Positions 22,218 through 36,479 are shown, counted from the stretch's first letter. The stretch is 64,000 nucleotides of DNA from Eledone cirrhosa (GCA_964016885.1 OZ024740.1:434186001-434250000); one strand, 5' to 3'. Notes: generated by a model not told the origin, from the sequence alone. Program-made: numbers and translations.

Positions 22218-25200
22218 TCATCATCATGATCATCATCATCATCACCATTTTACGTCCGTTCTTCCACGCTAGCATGGGTTAGACGGGTTGTCCTGTTGTG
22301 TGCAGTGTCTGGTCAGCTGACCATGGCTTGCTCATATGGGAACTGAATCTGGCTTGATTTCTACAGCTGGATGCCCTTCCTAACACCAACCTCATTTACA
22401 GTGAGTGCTGGGTGCTTTTTCGTGGCGCCTACACATCCATTTTACAGTGTGAGCTAGGTGCTTCTTTGCCGTGACACCTCCACGACCACCTTGCAGTGGG
22501 GGGTGTGGGGGTATATTGTCTATATGCTTCAGCTTGTACCCATGGGAGGTCGGGTACTCTGTATTACTGCGTGACGCCAGAGGTCACAGTCGTGTGTCAT
22601 CGCCTTTGAGAGGTGTAATTGGGTAAGGTCGGCTTTTATCACCTCATCCCAGGTCATCTTGGGTCTCCCCACTCCGCGGTTTCCATCGACTTCTAGTGCT
22701 CTGCACTTTTTTATGCAGCTGTCATCCTTCATACGCATCACATGTCCAGACCAGCGCAACTGCCTCTCCTGCACACAGCATTTGATTCCTCTTATGCTCA
22801 GTCTCTCTCTCAATTCATTTATGCTTTGTCGTTCACGTATATTACTGTTACACATCCATCGGAGCATGCAGGCTTCATTTCTCTCTAATCTACGTAAGTC
22901 TTCCACCTTCAGCGCCCAGGTCTCACTACCATGCAACATCGCTGTTCGGATACACACATCATACAGTCTGCCTTTCATTTTGAGGGAGAAGCCTTTTTCA
23001 GCTAGCAGTGGTAGTAGTTCCCTAAACTTCTTCCATCCCGTTCTTACCCTAGTTATTGTACTTTCTGAACACCCACCTCCGCTGCTAATTCGGTCACCTA
23101 GGTAGCAGAAGCTGTCTACTGTTTCTACAGAGCCCTCCCAGAGATTGGTGGTACTCGTTTCCTGTGGCTGTTTGCTGCATGCTGTCCCAGCACAGCTGCT
23201 GCATGTGAAGCCTACATTCTTAATTAAGCTTCCTGAGATCCCGCTACATCTCTTGTGTACCCATTGTTTGCATTTGGGGCAGAGAATGGAGTTCCTACCT
23301 ACACCTTTCCTACATACTGATCAAGGCCATTTCCCTGAGGGAATCTGGGTTCTGTTTTCTCATCTACTTACAAGGACCTTAGTCTTTGTCATGTTGACTT
23401 TGAGACCCTTTCTTTCTAGTCCCTGCTTCCAAGTTTGGAATTTCTTCTCTAGTTCTACTAGATTCAGCTATAAGTGCGAGGTCATCAGCATACAGGAGTT
23501 CCCATGGGCATCCGGTCTTAAACTCCTCCGTTATTGCCTGCAGGACTATGATGAACAGGAGGGGGCTAAGAACAGAGCCCTGGTGGACCCCAACCTGTAC
23601 GCTAAATTCCTCACTATACTCATTGCTAATCCTAACTTTGCTGACTGCTCCCCTATACATGGCTTGTACCGCTTTCACAAGCCATTCATCTACTCCTAGT
23701 TTTCTAAGAGCCCACCAGATTACAGCATGTGGAACTCTGTCAAAGGCTTTCTCAAGGTCGACAAATGCCAGGTAGAATGGCTTACTTTTAGCTAGGTACT
23801 TTTCCTGTAACTGCCTCACAAGGAAGAGGGCATCAGTGGTGCCTCTTCCTGGTACAAATTGCATCTCGTCTAGTTTCACCCGGTCCCTAATCAACTGTGC
23901 TATAACTCTTTCTGTTACTTTCATGACCTGGTCCATCAGCTTTATACCTCTATAGTTTCCTCTATCTAGTGCATCACCTTTACCTTTATAGTAGTTGACA
24001 ATGATGCTACTGCACCAATCTTTTGGTATGACACCTTCTAGTATTACCTGGTTAACAATACATGTGGTTATTGTGTGACCTACAGACCCAGATGCCTTCA
24101 GCATCTCGGCAGCTATACCCGATGGACCGGTTGCCTTCCCCATCTTCATATCTTTGATTGCCTTACTTACTATGTTGCTGCTGACTTGTACTGCTGGCCC
24201 CTCTATAGGGTCTACTTTGGGTAGGGTCTCTTCTTCCCATGCATTCTCCTCATTTAGTAATCTATCATAATGACTCTTCCATGCATCTTTCTTCTCAGCA
24301 CTTGTGAGGGCAAGCTCTCCTTTATCATTCCGGATACACTTCTCTCCAATGACATCACTATTCTCTCTGACACACTGCCTCGCAATCTTGAACACCTCCT
24401 GTTTCTGGTCCTCACGTTGCAAAACATGCTTGAATTTTCTATCCTCTGCTTCCCTCCTAGCTAAGTATACTTGTCGCCTAGCTTCCCTCTTGGTCTCTAT
24501 GTAATGTACCCTGCTCCCTCCGTTCTTCCATTCTTTCCATGCCTGTCTCTTGGCCTTAACTGCCTCATCTACCTTATTGTTCCACCACCAAGTCACTCTG
24601 CTCCTGCTTGAGGTCTTACTGCAGCCACAGACCTCATCCGTCGCCTCTAGTAAGTTATTTTTTAGGAACTCCCAGTTCTCTCCTACATTGAATGCCTCTA
24701 TCTGTTCTTCTTTACTGTCGTAGGCGTTGAGTAAAATATCTTTAAATCTGTTACTGATTGAGGGGTCTTTCAGCTTCCAGATCTTTCTTCTCCAGGTTGG
24801 CCTCTGTTTCCAGGTTCGTCTAGTTCTGACTGTGAGGTCGCTGACAACTAAGCTATGTTGGGATGTACATTCCTCACTAGGGAAGGCTTTTGTGTTTACG
24901 ACCGTCCATCTGTCACGTCCTCTGATGAGGATAAAATCTATCTGACTGGAGTGCTCCCCTGATCTATAGGTGATCAGGTGGTTGTCGGGTTTTTTGAAGT
25001 TTGTGTTACATATCGACATGTCATTGGCGTTGCAGAATTCTAGAAGCCTGAATCCTTCCTCATTTCTTGTGCCAACTCCATGGCCTCCATGTACTCTATT
25101 GAAGCCGTCGCAGTGTTTACCTACGTGTTCGTTAAAATCTCCTGCGATGATTAGGAAGTCCTTGTCGTTTGTTAGAGCAGTAGTGTGCATTAGGAACTCG

Positions 25201-26120
25201 TAAAACCTATCCTTAAGTTCGTCTGGCAGCCCCGATTGGGGTGCGTAATCTGATATTATTGTGGTAATTGTTTTATTCAGGACTAATCTGAGTATAATGA
25301 TTCTTGCATTTACCCTGTACACTGAGATTACTTTATCGACCCACTTGTCAGCTAATAGTATACCTACACCACCCATCCCATCGTCATTTCCCACCCAGAA
25401 AAATTTGTAGCACCGACTTTTTCCTACAAGGACTCGAGCAGACTCTCCTCTCCATCTAGTCTCTTGCACACAGCATACATCAATTTCTACGATTTCTCCT
25501 GCTCTTCCTTTCATTGAGCCTACATTGATGGTTCCAACTCGGAGTTTTGGGCATTTGTCGACACTCGTAGGGAAGGGTCTCTGGATTGGCGCTTCACATG
25601 GGTGCTTGTTAGCTCGCAGATTCATATTTCACCTATTAATTCAGAGTTGCTCAAATTTATTCTCAGCTCATCCATCCATAACGGTAGGAAAATTGAGGGC
25701 TAGAAGAACAGTGGTGGTGGGATAATGGCAGGGTGTGTTGGGCTGGGACAGGGGAGGAGAGAGTTAGTTAGGTAGTCGTAGCAGAAGAAATGGCATGCTG
25801 AGGTTTGATTGGTCGAATAGACTATGGTGGTGTGTGGGGGTGGGTGGGAGGAAAATTGTGAGGTAGGGAGAGAGGGTCGCCGTCGAGATGGATGACTGGA
25901 ACGAAGCCAAATCAACTCTAGTGATTCATTTTAGCCTTTCAGAATAGAGTGTCTTATCTCTTCAATAGCTTCAAGATGAGCGAGGTGGAATGGTGAAGAG
26001 GGAACGGGAGGTAATGGGTGGCTTAGAGATAGATAGAGAGAGGGTAGCCATCATAGAGAGAAAGATAGAGAGGGGGTAGCCATCATAGAGAGAGAGGGTC
26101 GCCGCATGGCAAAGTAGCCG
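22218..26120 (-). mobile_element. Near full-length RTE LINE, subfamily B, frameshifted
   Basis: 748-aa APE+RT ORF (23379-25625) plus C-terminal ORF (22529-22978), distinct 3' UTR and (ATG)n tail. Confidence 0.93.
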
Positions 26121-26225
26121 TATATATATGTATATATATTGTCTGTGTATATATATGTATATATATTGTCTGTATACATATATGTATTGTCTGTGTATAT
26201 ATATGTATATATATTGTCTGTATAT

Positions 26226-28130
26226 ATCATCATCATCATTTTACGTCCGCTTTTCCCTGCTTGCAAGGGTGGGACGGGTCTTATTCAGCACAGCATCTCT
26301 CCACTCGTCACGGTCCCTCGTCATCTCCACCTTGAGCTTCAATGATCTGAGGTCTGTTCTCACCACCTCCGCCCATGTTTTTCGTGGTCTACCTCTACCA
26401 CGTCTTCCTTCAACTGGCATTTCCTGGCACTTCTTCACCCATCGGTCATCCTCCACGCGCATCACATGTCCATACCACCTCAGTCTCCTCTCCCGTACAC
26501 TACATTCTATCCCTCTCAGACACAGTTTCTCTCTCAACACATTTATGCTGGGTCGTTCACGCACATTTACACTGCACATCCAACGGAGCATGCTTGCCTC
26601 ATTTCTCTCCAGCCGTCGCATATCCTCTGCGGTTGCTGCCCATGTCTCACTACCATGCAGCATCGCGCTCCTCACACAGGCATCATACAACCGGCCTTTC
26701 GCACGCAGGGAGAAACCCTTCTTCGTCAACAGAGGAAGCAGCTCCCTAAACTTCTTCCAACCCATCCTTATTCTAGATACTATGGCCTCGGAACACCCTC
26801 CTCCCATGCTAATCTGATCTCCTAGGTACCGGAAGCTATCCACCACTTCTATAGCGCCCTCTCGCATTTGAAAAATGTGTCTATCAGTGCGACTTCTACT
26901 GTCTAATTTCCCTGTACATCTACTGCATACATATTTCTCCCTACCTGTTAGTTTGCCTGCTATCCCGCTACATCTCTTGTGTACCCAGGATCTGCATTGT
27001 GTGCATTTTATAGAATTTATGCCAGTTCCTTTTCTGCATATCGAACATGGCCATTTCCCTGACGGAATCAGGGTTTTGTCCTCTTTTCTACTCATCAACA
27101 CTTTTGTCTTAGCTAGATTTACTCTCAGTCCTCTTGCTTCCAACTGCTGTTTCCATAGCCGGAATTTATTCTCTAGCTCCTCTACTGATTCTGCTATAAG
27201 AGCCAGATCGTCAGCATAGAGAAGTTCCCATGGACAGCCAGTCTTAAACTCCTCTGTTATGGCTTGGAGGACTATAATGAACAAGAGCGGGCTGAGGACC
27301 GAACCCTGATGTACTCCTACTTGTATCTGGAATTCCTCACTAAACTCCATTCCTACCCTGACTTTACTGAGAGTACCTCTGTACAAAGTTTGCACTGTCC
27401 TCACAAGCCATTCCTCAACACCTAGCTTCCTTAGGGACCACCAGATGACAGATCGGGGTACCCTATCAAAGGCCTTCTCTAGGTCAACAAAGGCTAAGTA
27501 TAGTGGCTTATTCTTCTCTAAGAACCTCTCTTGCATTTGTCTCACCAAGAAGAGGGCATCTGTTGTACTCTTCCCAGGCACAAAACCAAACTGCATCTCA
27601 TCTAGTTTGACCCTTTCTCTAATTAGTTGTGCTAAAATCCTTTCTGCTACTTTCATAACCTGATCTATCAGTTTTATACCCCTATAATTGCTCCTCTCCA
27701 AAGCATCCCCTTTACCTTTGTAGCAATTTATGAGAATACTGCTGCACCAGTCTTTGGGTATGACACCACCATATATAGCCTGATTGATGATGCGTGCAAC
27801 CAGTTTAGTGCCTACGTCCCCTGATGCCTTCAGCATCTCAGCAACTATTCCCGATGGTCCGGCCGCCTTACCATTTTTCATTTCCCTAATCGCCTCTTGG
27901 ACCCTATATTCGTCAATCTCAATAGCTGGTCCCTCTGTCGGATCTACCAAGGGTAATTTCTCTCTCTCCCATTCGTTCTCCACATTCATCAGTCTCTCAT
28001 AATGACATTTCCAGGCCTCCTTTTTCTGGTCATTCGTGCCCCTAAGTACACCGGCATCATCCCGGACACATTTATCTCCAACAACATCCTGATTTGCATT
28101 GACACACTACCTTGCAATGTGGAACACCGC
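26226..28130 (-). mobile_element. 5'-truncated RTE LINE, subfamily C (582-aa RT+PHD ORF 26241-27989, essentially no 3' UTR)
   Basis: YADD RT and PHD motif; the stop codon sits directly before the (ATG)n tail. Confidence 0.93.
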
Positions 28131-28171
28131 ATATGTATATATATTGTCTGTATACATAGAAATATGTATTG

Positions 28172-30410
28172 TCATCATCATCATCATCATCGTTTAACGT
28201 CCATGTTCCAAGCTTGCATGGGTTTGGACGGAAGTTTTCCCACTTGAGGCAAGAGTGGTTGTCTTGCTCGCATAGGACTGTCTGGCGGGTTTTCTACAGC
28301 TGGATGCCCTTCCTAACACCAACCACATTTACAGTGTGGGGCTGGGAGGTTTTTACCGTGTTGCCTACACGGCCACATTACAGCGTGGACTGTCTGGCGG
28401 GTTTTCTACAGCTGGATGCCCTTCCTAACACCAACCACATTTACAGTGTGGGACTGGGAGGTTTTTACTGTGTTGCCTACACGGCCACATTACAGCGTGG
28501 ACTGTGTTTTTTTTGTCGTGACACCTACACGATCTCATTTGTTTCGGCCTGGATGTTGTGGCACCAACATAACTTTACATTGAAAGGGGCGGTGTGGATG
28601 GGGTGGGGGTGGTGGGACGGGGGTGTATTTTGTTAGAGATGCCTACTGACTGTGAGTAGGTTTTACTTTGTATTTCAGGTAAGGCGGGTCTTCTCTATTA
28701 CTGATTACCGCCAAAGATCTCGGTCCAGTGACATTGTCTTGGAGAGGTGTAAGTGTGTGAGGTCGGAATTTATCAGGTCGTCCCAGGTTTTTCTGGGTCT
28801 GCCTACTCCGTGGCTACCGTCTATCTTTATTGCCCTGCACTTTTTTATACAGCTGTTGTCTTTCATGCGCATCACGTGACAATACCAACGTAGTCTTCTC
28901 TCGACTAAACAACATCTGATCCCTCTTATTTCTAATTTTTCCCTTAGTTCGTTTATGCTTTGCCGTTCGCGTATATTACTATTACACATCCAGTGGAGCA
29001 TGCAAGCTTCGTTCCTCTCTAGTCTGCGTATATCCTCTGCACACAATGCCCAGGTCTCACTGCCATGCAACATTGCTGTTCGTATGCAGGCATCATACAG
29101 CCTGCCTTTCATTTTTAGGGAGAACCCGTTAGCGGCTAATAGTGGTATAAGCTCTCTGAACTTTTTCCATCCAGTTCTGACTCTAGCTACTGTACTTTCA
29201 GAGCACCCACCCCCACTGCTGATTTTGTCACCCAGGTAACGGAAGCTGTCCACTATTTCTATAGAACCCTCTGCGCAGTTGAAAGAGCTAGTATTTTTGG
29301 GGCACTTGCTGCTACTTATTGCACCAGAGCACCGCCCACATGTAAAATCTATGTTCTTAGTTAGCTTACCTGTGATCCCACTACATCTTTTATGCACCCA
29401 TACTTTGCATTTGGGACATAAAATGGAGTTTCTACCTACGCCTTTCCTACACACTGAGCATGTCCATTTCCCAGATGGGACCGGTGCCCTATTTTCTTTC
29501 CTACAAACTAGAACTTTAGTCTTAGCCAGGTTAATTTTAAGGCCTTTTGATTCTAGGCCGTGCTTCCATGTTTGGAATTTCTTCTCTAGCTCGGCCATTG
29601 ATTCAGCTATGAGCGTTAGATCATCTGCGTATAGGAGTTCCCATGGGCAGCCGGTCTTGAACTCCACTGTTATAGCCTGAAGGGCAATAATAAATAGTAG
29701 GGGGCTAAGAACAGAGCCCTGATGAACACCAACTTTTACGCTGAACTCTTCACTATATTCGTTGTTAATTCTAACCTTGCTGGCGGTTTCTTTATACATG
29801 GCTTGTATAGCTCTCACAAGCCATTCATCAACACCTAGTTTTCTAAGAGCCCATCAGATAATGGAACGGGGGACTCTGTCGAATGCTTTCTCCAAGTCGA
29901 CAAAAGCTAAGTATAGGGGTTTACTTTTAGCTAGGTACTTCTCCTGTAGTTGTCGTACAATGAAAAGAGCGTCTGTGGTACTTTTGCCTGACACAAACCC
30001 GAACTGCATTTCATCTAGATCAATTCTCTCTCTGATTAGTTGCACTATTACTTTTTCTGTGACCTTCATGACCTGGTCGATTAATTTAATGCCTCTATAA
30101 TTACCCATATCTAGGGCATCTCCTTTACCCTTGTAACAGTTAATGATGATGCTGCTACCCCAGTCCTTCGGAACAACCCCATTCTGTATGACTTGGTTTA
30201 CTATCCGGGTGACCATGGTGTGTCCCACCGTTCCAGAGGCTTTCAGCATCTCAGCAACTATTTCCGAAGGCCCAGTTGCCTTACCCGTCTTCATATCTTT
30301 GATTGCCTTACTTATTTTACTACCTTCGACTAACACTGCTGGTCCCTCTATTGGATCGATCTGGGGGAGACTATCTTTCTCCCATTTATTCTCCTCATTT
30401 AGTAGCCTTT
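28172..30410 (-). mobile_element. 5'-truncated RTE subfamily A copy with nonsense codons and a ~110-bp tandem duplication in the 3' UTR
   Basis: ORFs 29854-30336 and 28705-29817 are near-identical to the intact copy. Confidence 0.95.
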
Positions 30411-31072
30411 GTCTGTGTATATATATATATGTATTGTCTGTGGATATATATGTATATATATTGTCTGTATATATATATATATGTATTGTCTATGTATATA
30501 TATATATATATATGTATTGTCTGTGTATATATATGTATATATATTGTCTATATATATATATATATATATATATTGTCTGTATATATATATATATATATAT
30601 ATATTGTCTGTATATATATATATATATATATGTATTGTCTGTATTCATATATATATGTATTGTCTGTGTATATATATGTATATATATTGTCTGTGTATAT
30701 ATATGTATATATATTGTCTGTATACATATATATGTGTATTATCTGTGTATATATATGTATATATATTGTCTGTATACATATATATGTGTATTATCTGTGT
30801 ATATATATGTATATATATTGTCTATGTATATATATATATATGTATTGTCTGTGTATATATATGTATATATATTGTCTGTATATATATATATATATGTATT
30901 GTCTGTGTATATATATATATATGTATTGTCTGTGTATATATATGTATATATATTGTCTGTATACATATATATGTGTATTGTCTGTGTATATATATGTATA
31001 TATATTGTCTGTATATATGTGTAGTGTCTGTTATGTGCCTGTGTATATATATACTCTGTATATATATATATA

Positions 31073-34000
31073 TTAAGCCAAGAAATAGCGGAAATAAAAT
31101 CAAGCGTTCGTGTAGAACCCCACAATGAGGGATCTTACCGGAGTGCCTTGTTAAAAAATCTCCGCGTACCTCATGTTGAACCTAGACGCATTGAGAATGC
31201 CACTGAATCTGCAAACCACGAAGTGATTGCCATTGGTGTGCCAGAAGACATAGTTGATCTTCAGGCATTTGCTGCCAGTTCATCCAAAGACCTGGGCTGT
31301 GCTCCCGCAAAGGGTGCTCTATGCCTTGGTCGACCAGGCCCGAAGCCCAGGTTAATTAGACTGTCGTTTTCAAACTCAACTGAGGCACGTTCATACCTTG
31401 TAGCCTCTGATAAAGCTAGGCGTGAAAGTCGGATTGCTTTCCGAACACGCCCTGGTCTTCCACCTGATGTCCGCCCAAAGTTGCGTGCTGCAGCTTCCTT
31501 AAACTGCAGCTCGGCAGAACATGAAAGCTTCAGCCTATGAGATGATGGGCAGATATGGAAGTTTGTTAAGGCTAGTGAAACATGGAAAAGAGATACCAGC
31601 TGGTCTGAAAACACTGTACCCACAACAACTGACAATAAAGAAACTGAAAAAACTCTGGGAAACTAAATCAGAACAACCTGCCATCCCCTGCACATAATCA
31701 TAGACTGGAATCAAGGTACAAATTGTTGTCCTTGAATGTACGTAGTCTATGCAATAAGATTCATCTTTTTGACTATTACGTCAAAAGTATCAACCCTGAC
31801 TTCATTACAGTCACGGAAACTTGGGCACATCCCTTACTCTGTGATGGGGTTTTCAGCATGACTGGCTACAACCTGTTTCGTAAAGACCGCATTAATCGTC
31901 GTGGTGGTGGTGTAATGGTCTACGTTCGGTCAAATCTGTCGGCGATTCCTTGTGCTGATTTGAACCAATCACAGCAGGAAGTTTTTTTCTGTGATATACG
32001 TATGACCATGTCAACACTGCTACTTGGAGTCGTTTACCGTCCCCCAAATTGCCGTCAGGACACTCAACTTTGTGATATCCTCAGAGCTGCTGCCAGGAAG
32101 ACAGCCACTTATGTTTTCATTGCAGGAGACTTCAATCACCCTGAGATTGACTGGGAAACCTTTCGTTGGCCGCCAAGTGCAAATGACTTCCTTGAGCTAG
32201 TGCTGGACTCGATTTGGTCCCAGGTGGTCACCTCCCCAACGAGAGGTGACAAGACTTTGGACCTACTCTTCACCACTACTCCTAAAACGGTCATTAGTGT
32301 TACTGCTGAGGAACCTTTAGGTGACTCTGATCATGCTATGATCATTGCCAATCTATCCCTCATGGGCAGTAACAAGAACCACAACCATCTCCAAACTGCT
32401 CACTTTGACTGGAATAAAGCAGACTGGAACTGTTACTGCACCGAGTTGCAACGGCCAAACTGGCTTGAGTTCTACGACTCTGGAGATGTCAACACTGTAC
32501 TCCAGAACATCCTGAGCTCAATATGAACAGCATGTGCAGCATCGGTGCCACGTAAGCGGAAAAAACATCCCAAAAGCACAATTTGGGAGACTGCAGCAGT
32601 CCGTCTTGCCAGAAAAGAATGGCGCAATGCTGAACGTGAGTACAAACTTCACAAATCAGACATTAATAGGAAGAGGCGAAATAGATCGTCCAACCACCTC
32701 AAGCAGGTGACAAAAAAGGCAGTGCTTCAATTTGAGCAGTGCATAGCAACTAGCCCTGATAGTAAGGTGTTCTGGAAGTATGTTCACTCAAAGCAGAGGC
32801 CTCACTCTCCAGTTGGTCCTCTTCGCAATCCCCACACAAGCCATGTTACTGACGACCCCAAGGAATGCGCAGAGCTCATTGCTGAATGCTATGCAGGCAT
32901 TTTCACTATTGAAGACCAGAGTGTACCATCTCCACCACCTATGACACCGGACTCTATTACAACCATGGAATTTACACCTGCTATGCTGCGACGTCACCTA
33001 AAAAATAAACACAACCATGCCTCTCCTGGTCTTGATGGTGTTACGTACCTGCTTCTTAAACGTGGTGGGTACTTCCTTCTGCACCAGTTATCACGCTTCT
33101 TCCAATTCTGTCTGAACAACAGTGCTACTCCAGAACAGTGGAAAACTGTCAGTGTCATTCCTCTGTTCAAAAAGGGTGATCCCACACCACCTGTGAACTA
33201 TCGTTCAGTCAATCTTAATAGTTGGATTGCCAAACTGATGGAATTCTGTGTCAGAGAAACACTTTGAAACTTCTGGAACTCTCGCAGTCTTATCCAGCCC
33301 TCGCAATTTGGATTTATCCCCAACTCCAGCTGCTGTGATCAACTTATAGAGTTTCTTGAGGACATCACCCGAATCACTGATGGCGGCTCATGGGTGGATG
33401 TTGTTTACCTTGACTTTGCGAAAGCTTTCAATTCTGTGCCACACAAAAGGCTTATGGCAAAACTCTCTGCAATGGGTGTGAAGGATGATCTTTTTAACTG
33501 GTTGAAGTCCTTCATTCTCAGTCGAAGAGAGGTAGTCACGGTTCTGGGACAGCATTCCTCACCATATGAGATGTCATCTGGTGTACCACAGGGATCTGTT
33601 CTTGGCCCCCTTTTGTTTGTGGCATATATTAATGACATAGATGCCAACTTAAAGAATGCCACAGTACTAAAGTACGCATATGACATCAAGCTGTACCTTG
33701 AGATAAAAAGGACAGATCCTGAACACTATAGATCTTGCTTGCAGTCTGACCTGGACAAAATGCAACAATGGATCTCAGACTGGCAACTCAAGCTAGCTGT
33801 GGACAAGTGCACCAACATGCATTTTGGGAGTAAAAACTCAGCGTCCACATACTACCTCCACAGCACTAATATCAAGAAGTCTTCTTGTGAACGTGACCTG
33901 GGCATTACGGTCAGCAGCAATTTGCGTTGGACGAAGCATGTCTCTAAAATTGTCAAGAGGGCCGAGGGTATCTTAGCATCACTCAGGAAGACCTTTATCA

Positions 34001-34600
34001 GCCGCTCTCCAGCCATCTATTTAAAACTGTATACAGCTATGGTGCGACCACACTTAGAATTTGCATCACCAGTCTGGAACCCCTATCTTGCTCAGAACAT
34101 TGACCGCCTGGAAACTGTTCAGAGACGTGCAACCAAGCGAATACCCTCCATCAGGCATCGACCATACTCTGAGCGCCTTGCTTCCCTGGGCCTGGATACA
34201 TTGAAGCTCCGACGCCTGGCAACTGACTTGGTAAACACCCACAAAATTGTTAACCATGTAGCTAACAACAACCCTGAGTACCTTTTTGATCTCCATGTGT
34301 CTAACACACGTGGACATGCCCACAAAGTCAGAAAACAGCACATTTCCCATGATTTTCGGAAACATCTTTTCACGCTCAGAGTTGCTGAAGCATGGAACAA
34401 ACTGCCTGCATCAGTTGTTAGCTGCCGAGACACTGCATCCTTTAAGGCCTCCATGCTTCCCGAGATCCACCAACACTACAGCTAACACATACACACATGT
34501 ACTTCCCTGACATTTGTATATTATTCTATGTACTATACATACACCTTTGACGAGTTGTAGTGCACCTGAGCACTTTACACAATAATTTTATTATTATTAT
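31073..34600 (+). mobile_element. Decayed CR1-group LINE (ORF1 remnant + APE/RT ORF2 with in-frame stops), (ATT)n tail
   Basis: SLNVRS..TETW..YRPP..GDFNHP..LDL..SDH; LDFAKAF..GVPQGSVLGP..YAYD; HLEFASPVWNPY..LETVQRRATK. Confidence 0.92.
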
Positions 34601-34714
34601 ATACTTTGTGTGTATATATATATACTCTGTGTATATATATATATATACTCTGAATATATATATACTATGTATATATATATACTCTGTATATATATATACT
34701 CTGTATATATATAC

Positions 34715-34777
<63 letters not shown>

Positions 34778-35364
34778 TCTGTGTATATATATATACTCTG
34801 TATATATATATATACTCTGTGTATATATATATACTCTGTATATATATATATATACTCTGTATATATATATATACTCTGTATATATATATATACTCTGTAT
34901 ATATAGATATACTCTGTATATATAGATATACTCTGTATATATAGATATACTCTGTATATATATACTCTGTATATATATATATATACTCTGTATATATATA
35001 TATATACTCTGTATATATATATATATATATATACTCTATATATATATATATATACTCTGTATATATATATACTCTCTGTATATATATATATACTCTGTAT
35101 ATATATATATACTCTGTGTATATATATATATACTCTGTGTATATATATATACTCTGTATATATATATATACTCTGTGTATATATATATATATATATATAC
35201 TCGGTATATATATATATACTCTATATATATATATACTCTATATATATATATACTCTGTATATATATATACTCTGTGTATATATATATACTCTGTGTATAT
35301 ATATATACTCTGTATATATATATATATACTTTGTGTATATATATACTCTGTATATATATATATA

Positions 35365-35416
<52 letters not shown>

Positions 35417-35955
35417 TGTGTATATATATACTCTGTATATATATATATATATATATATATACTCTTTGTATATATATATATATACACTGTATATATATAT
35501 ATTCTGTATATATATATATATACTCTGTATGTATATATATATATATATATATACTCTGTATATATATATATATATATATATATACTCTGTATATATATAT
35601 ATATATATACTCTGTATATATATATATATATATACTCTGTATATATATATACTCTGTGTATATATATATATATATAGTGACGAAACATAAGTCAATTGCA
35701 TGAACTCATAATCCTTTATTTACTGCTATATATACTTCGATGATAGCCATTGAATGGCTATGACCTCATCAGGCAGTTAGTCAGTTCTTAGATATGCCAG
35801 CTCTGTGTGTATAGTGTTGATGGTATCAGAGCCTTGGGACATATGTGTGTGTATATATACTCTGTATATATATATATACTCTATATATATACTCTGTGTA
35901 TATATATACTCTGTGTATATATATACTCTGTGTATATATATACTCTGTGTATATA
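34601..35955. repeat. TACTCTG(TA)n compound microsatellite
   Basis: Direct inspection; interrupted by 35677-35830. Confidence 0.95.
35722..35777 (-). ncRNA. Minimal hammerhead ribozyme variant (GAAG instead of GAAA)
   Basis: ACUGC-CUGAUGA-GGUCAUAGCCA(UUCAA)UGGCUAUCAUC-GAAG-UAUAUAUA-GCAGU; homologous to the 9-kb hammerheads, with co-varying stem II. Confidence 0.72.
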
Positions 35956-36479
35956 CATGTTAACACCAACCCGTGTATATTGTACACCTTTGTACAATAT
36001 ACTGACACATTACTAACGGTTATAAACATACATCTACATACACTAACATAAACATACACACACAATGATTGTCTATGGACACGTGCATACACACACATGC
36101 ATACATGCACATACATGCATATGCCAACACACATGCATACATACATGCATACACACACACATACACACATACATATACACACATACATACATACATACAC
36201 ATACACATGCATACACACACACACAGTATCCACTTGTCATAAATATTCAATATTAAGTATAAACAGGTGTAAGTATGTATTTACACCTGCTTATATAAGT
36301 GGTCAGAATGATGACAAAAATAGAGAGATGGAAACTAGGTATGCTTTCATTAAAGAATCTCCTTGTGGTACCAGCTGCCATATATAAACACTGTCAACAG
36401 TTTACCAAGAAATGGCAAAAGGAATAGACCTGCTTTTTCTAGAAGACATTTTTTCCCGTTTCTACCTCGTGTTCATTAT

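Larger units (their letters stand above)
13694..31070. repeat. Interrupted TATTGTCTGTG(TA)n compound satellite hosting the RTE cluster
   Basis: Same unit at 13694-14140, 14428-14722, 15147-15400, 17507-17540, 21877-22217, 26121-26226, 28131-28171 and 30411-31070. Confidence 0.92.
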
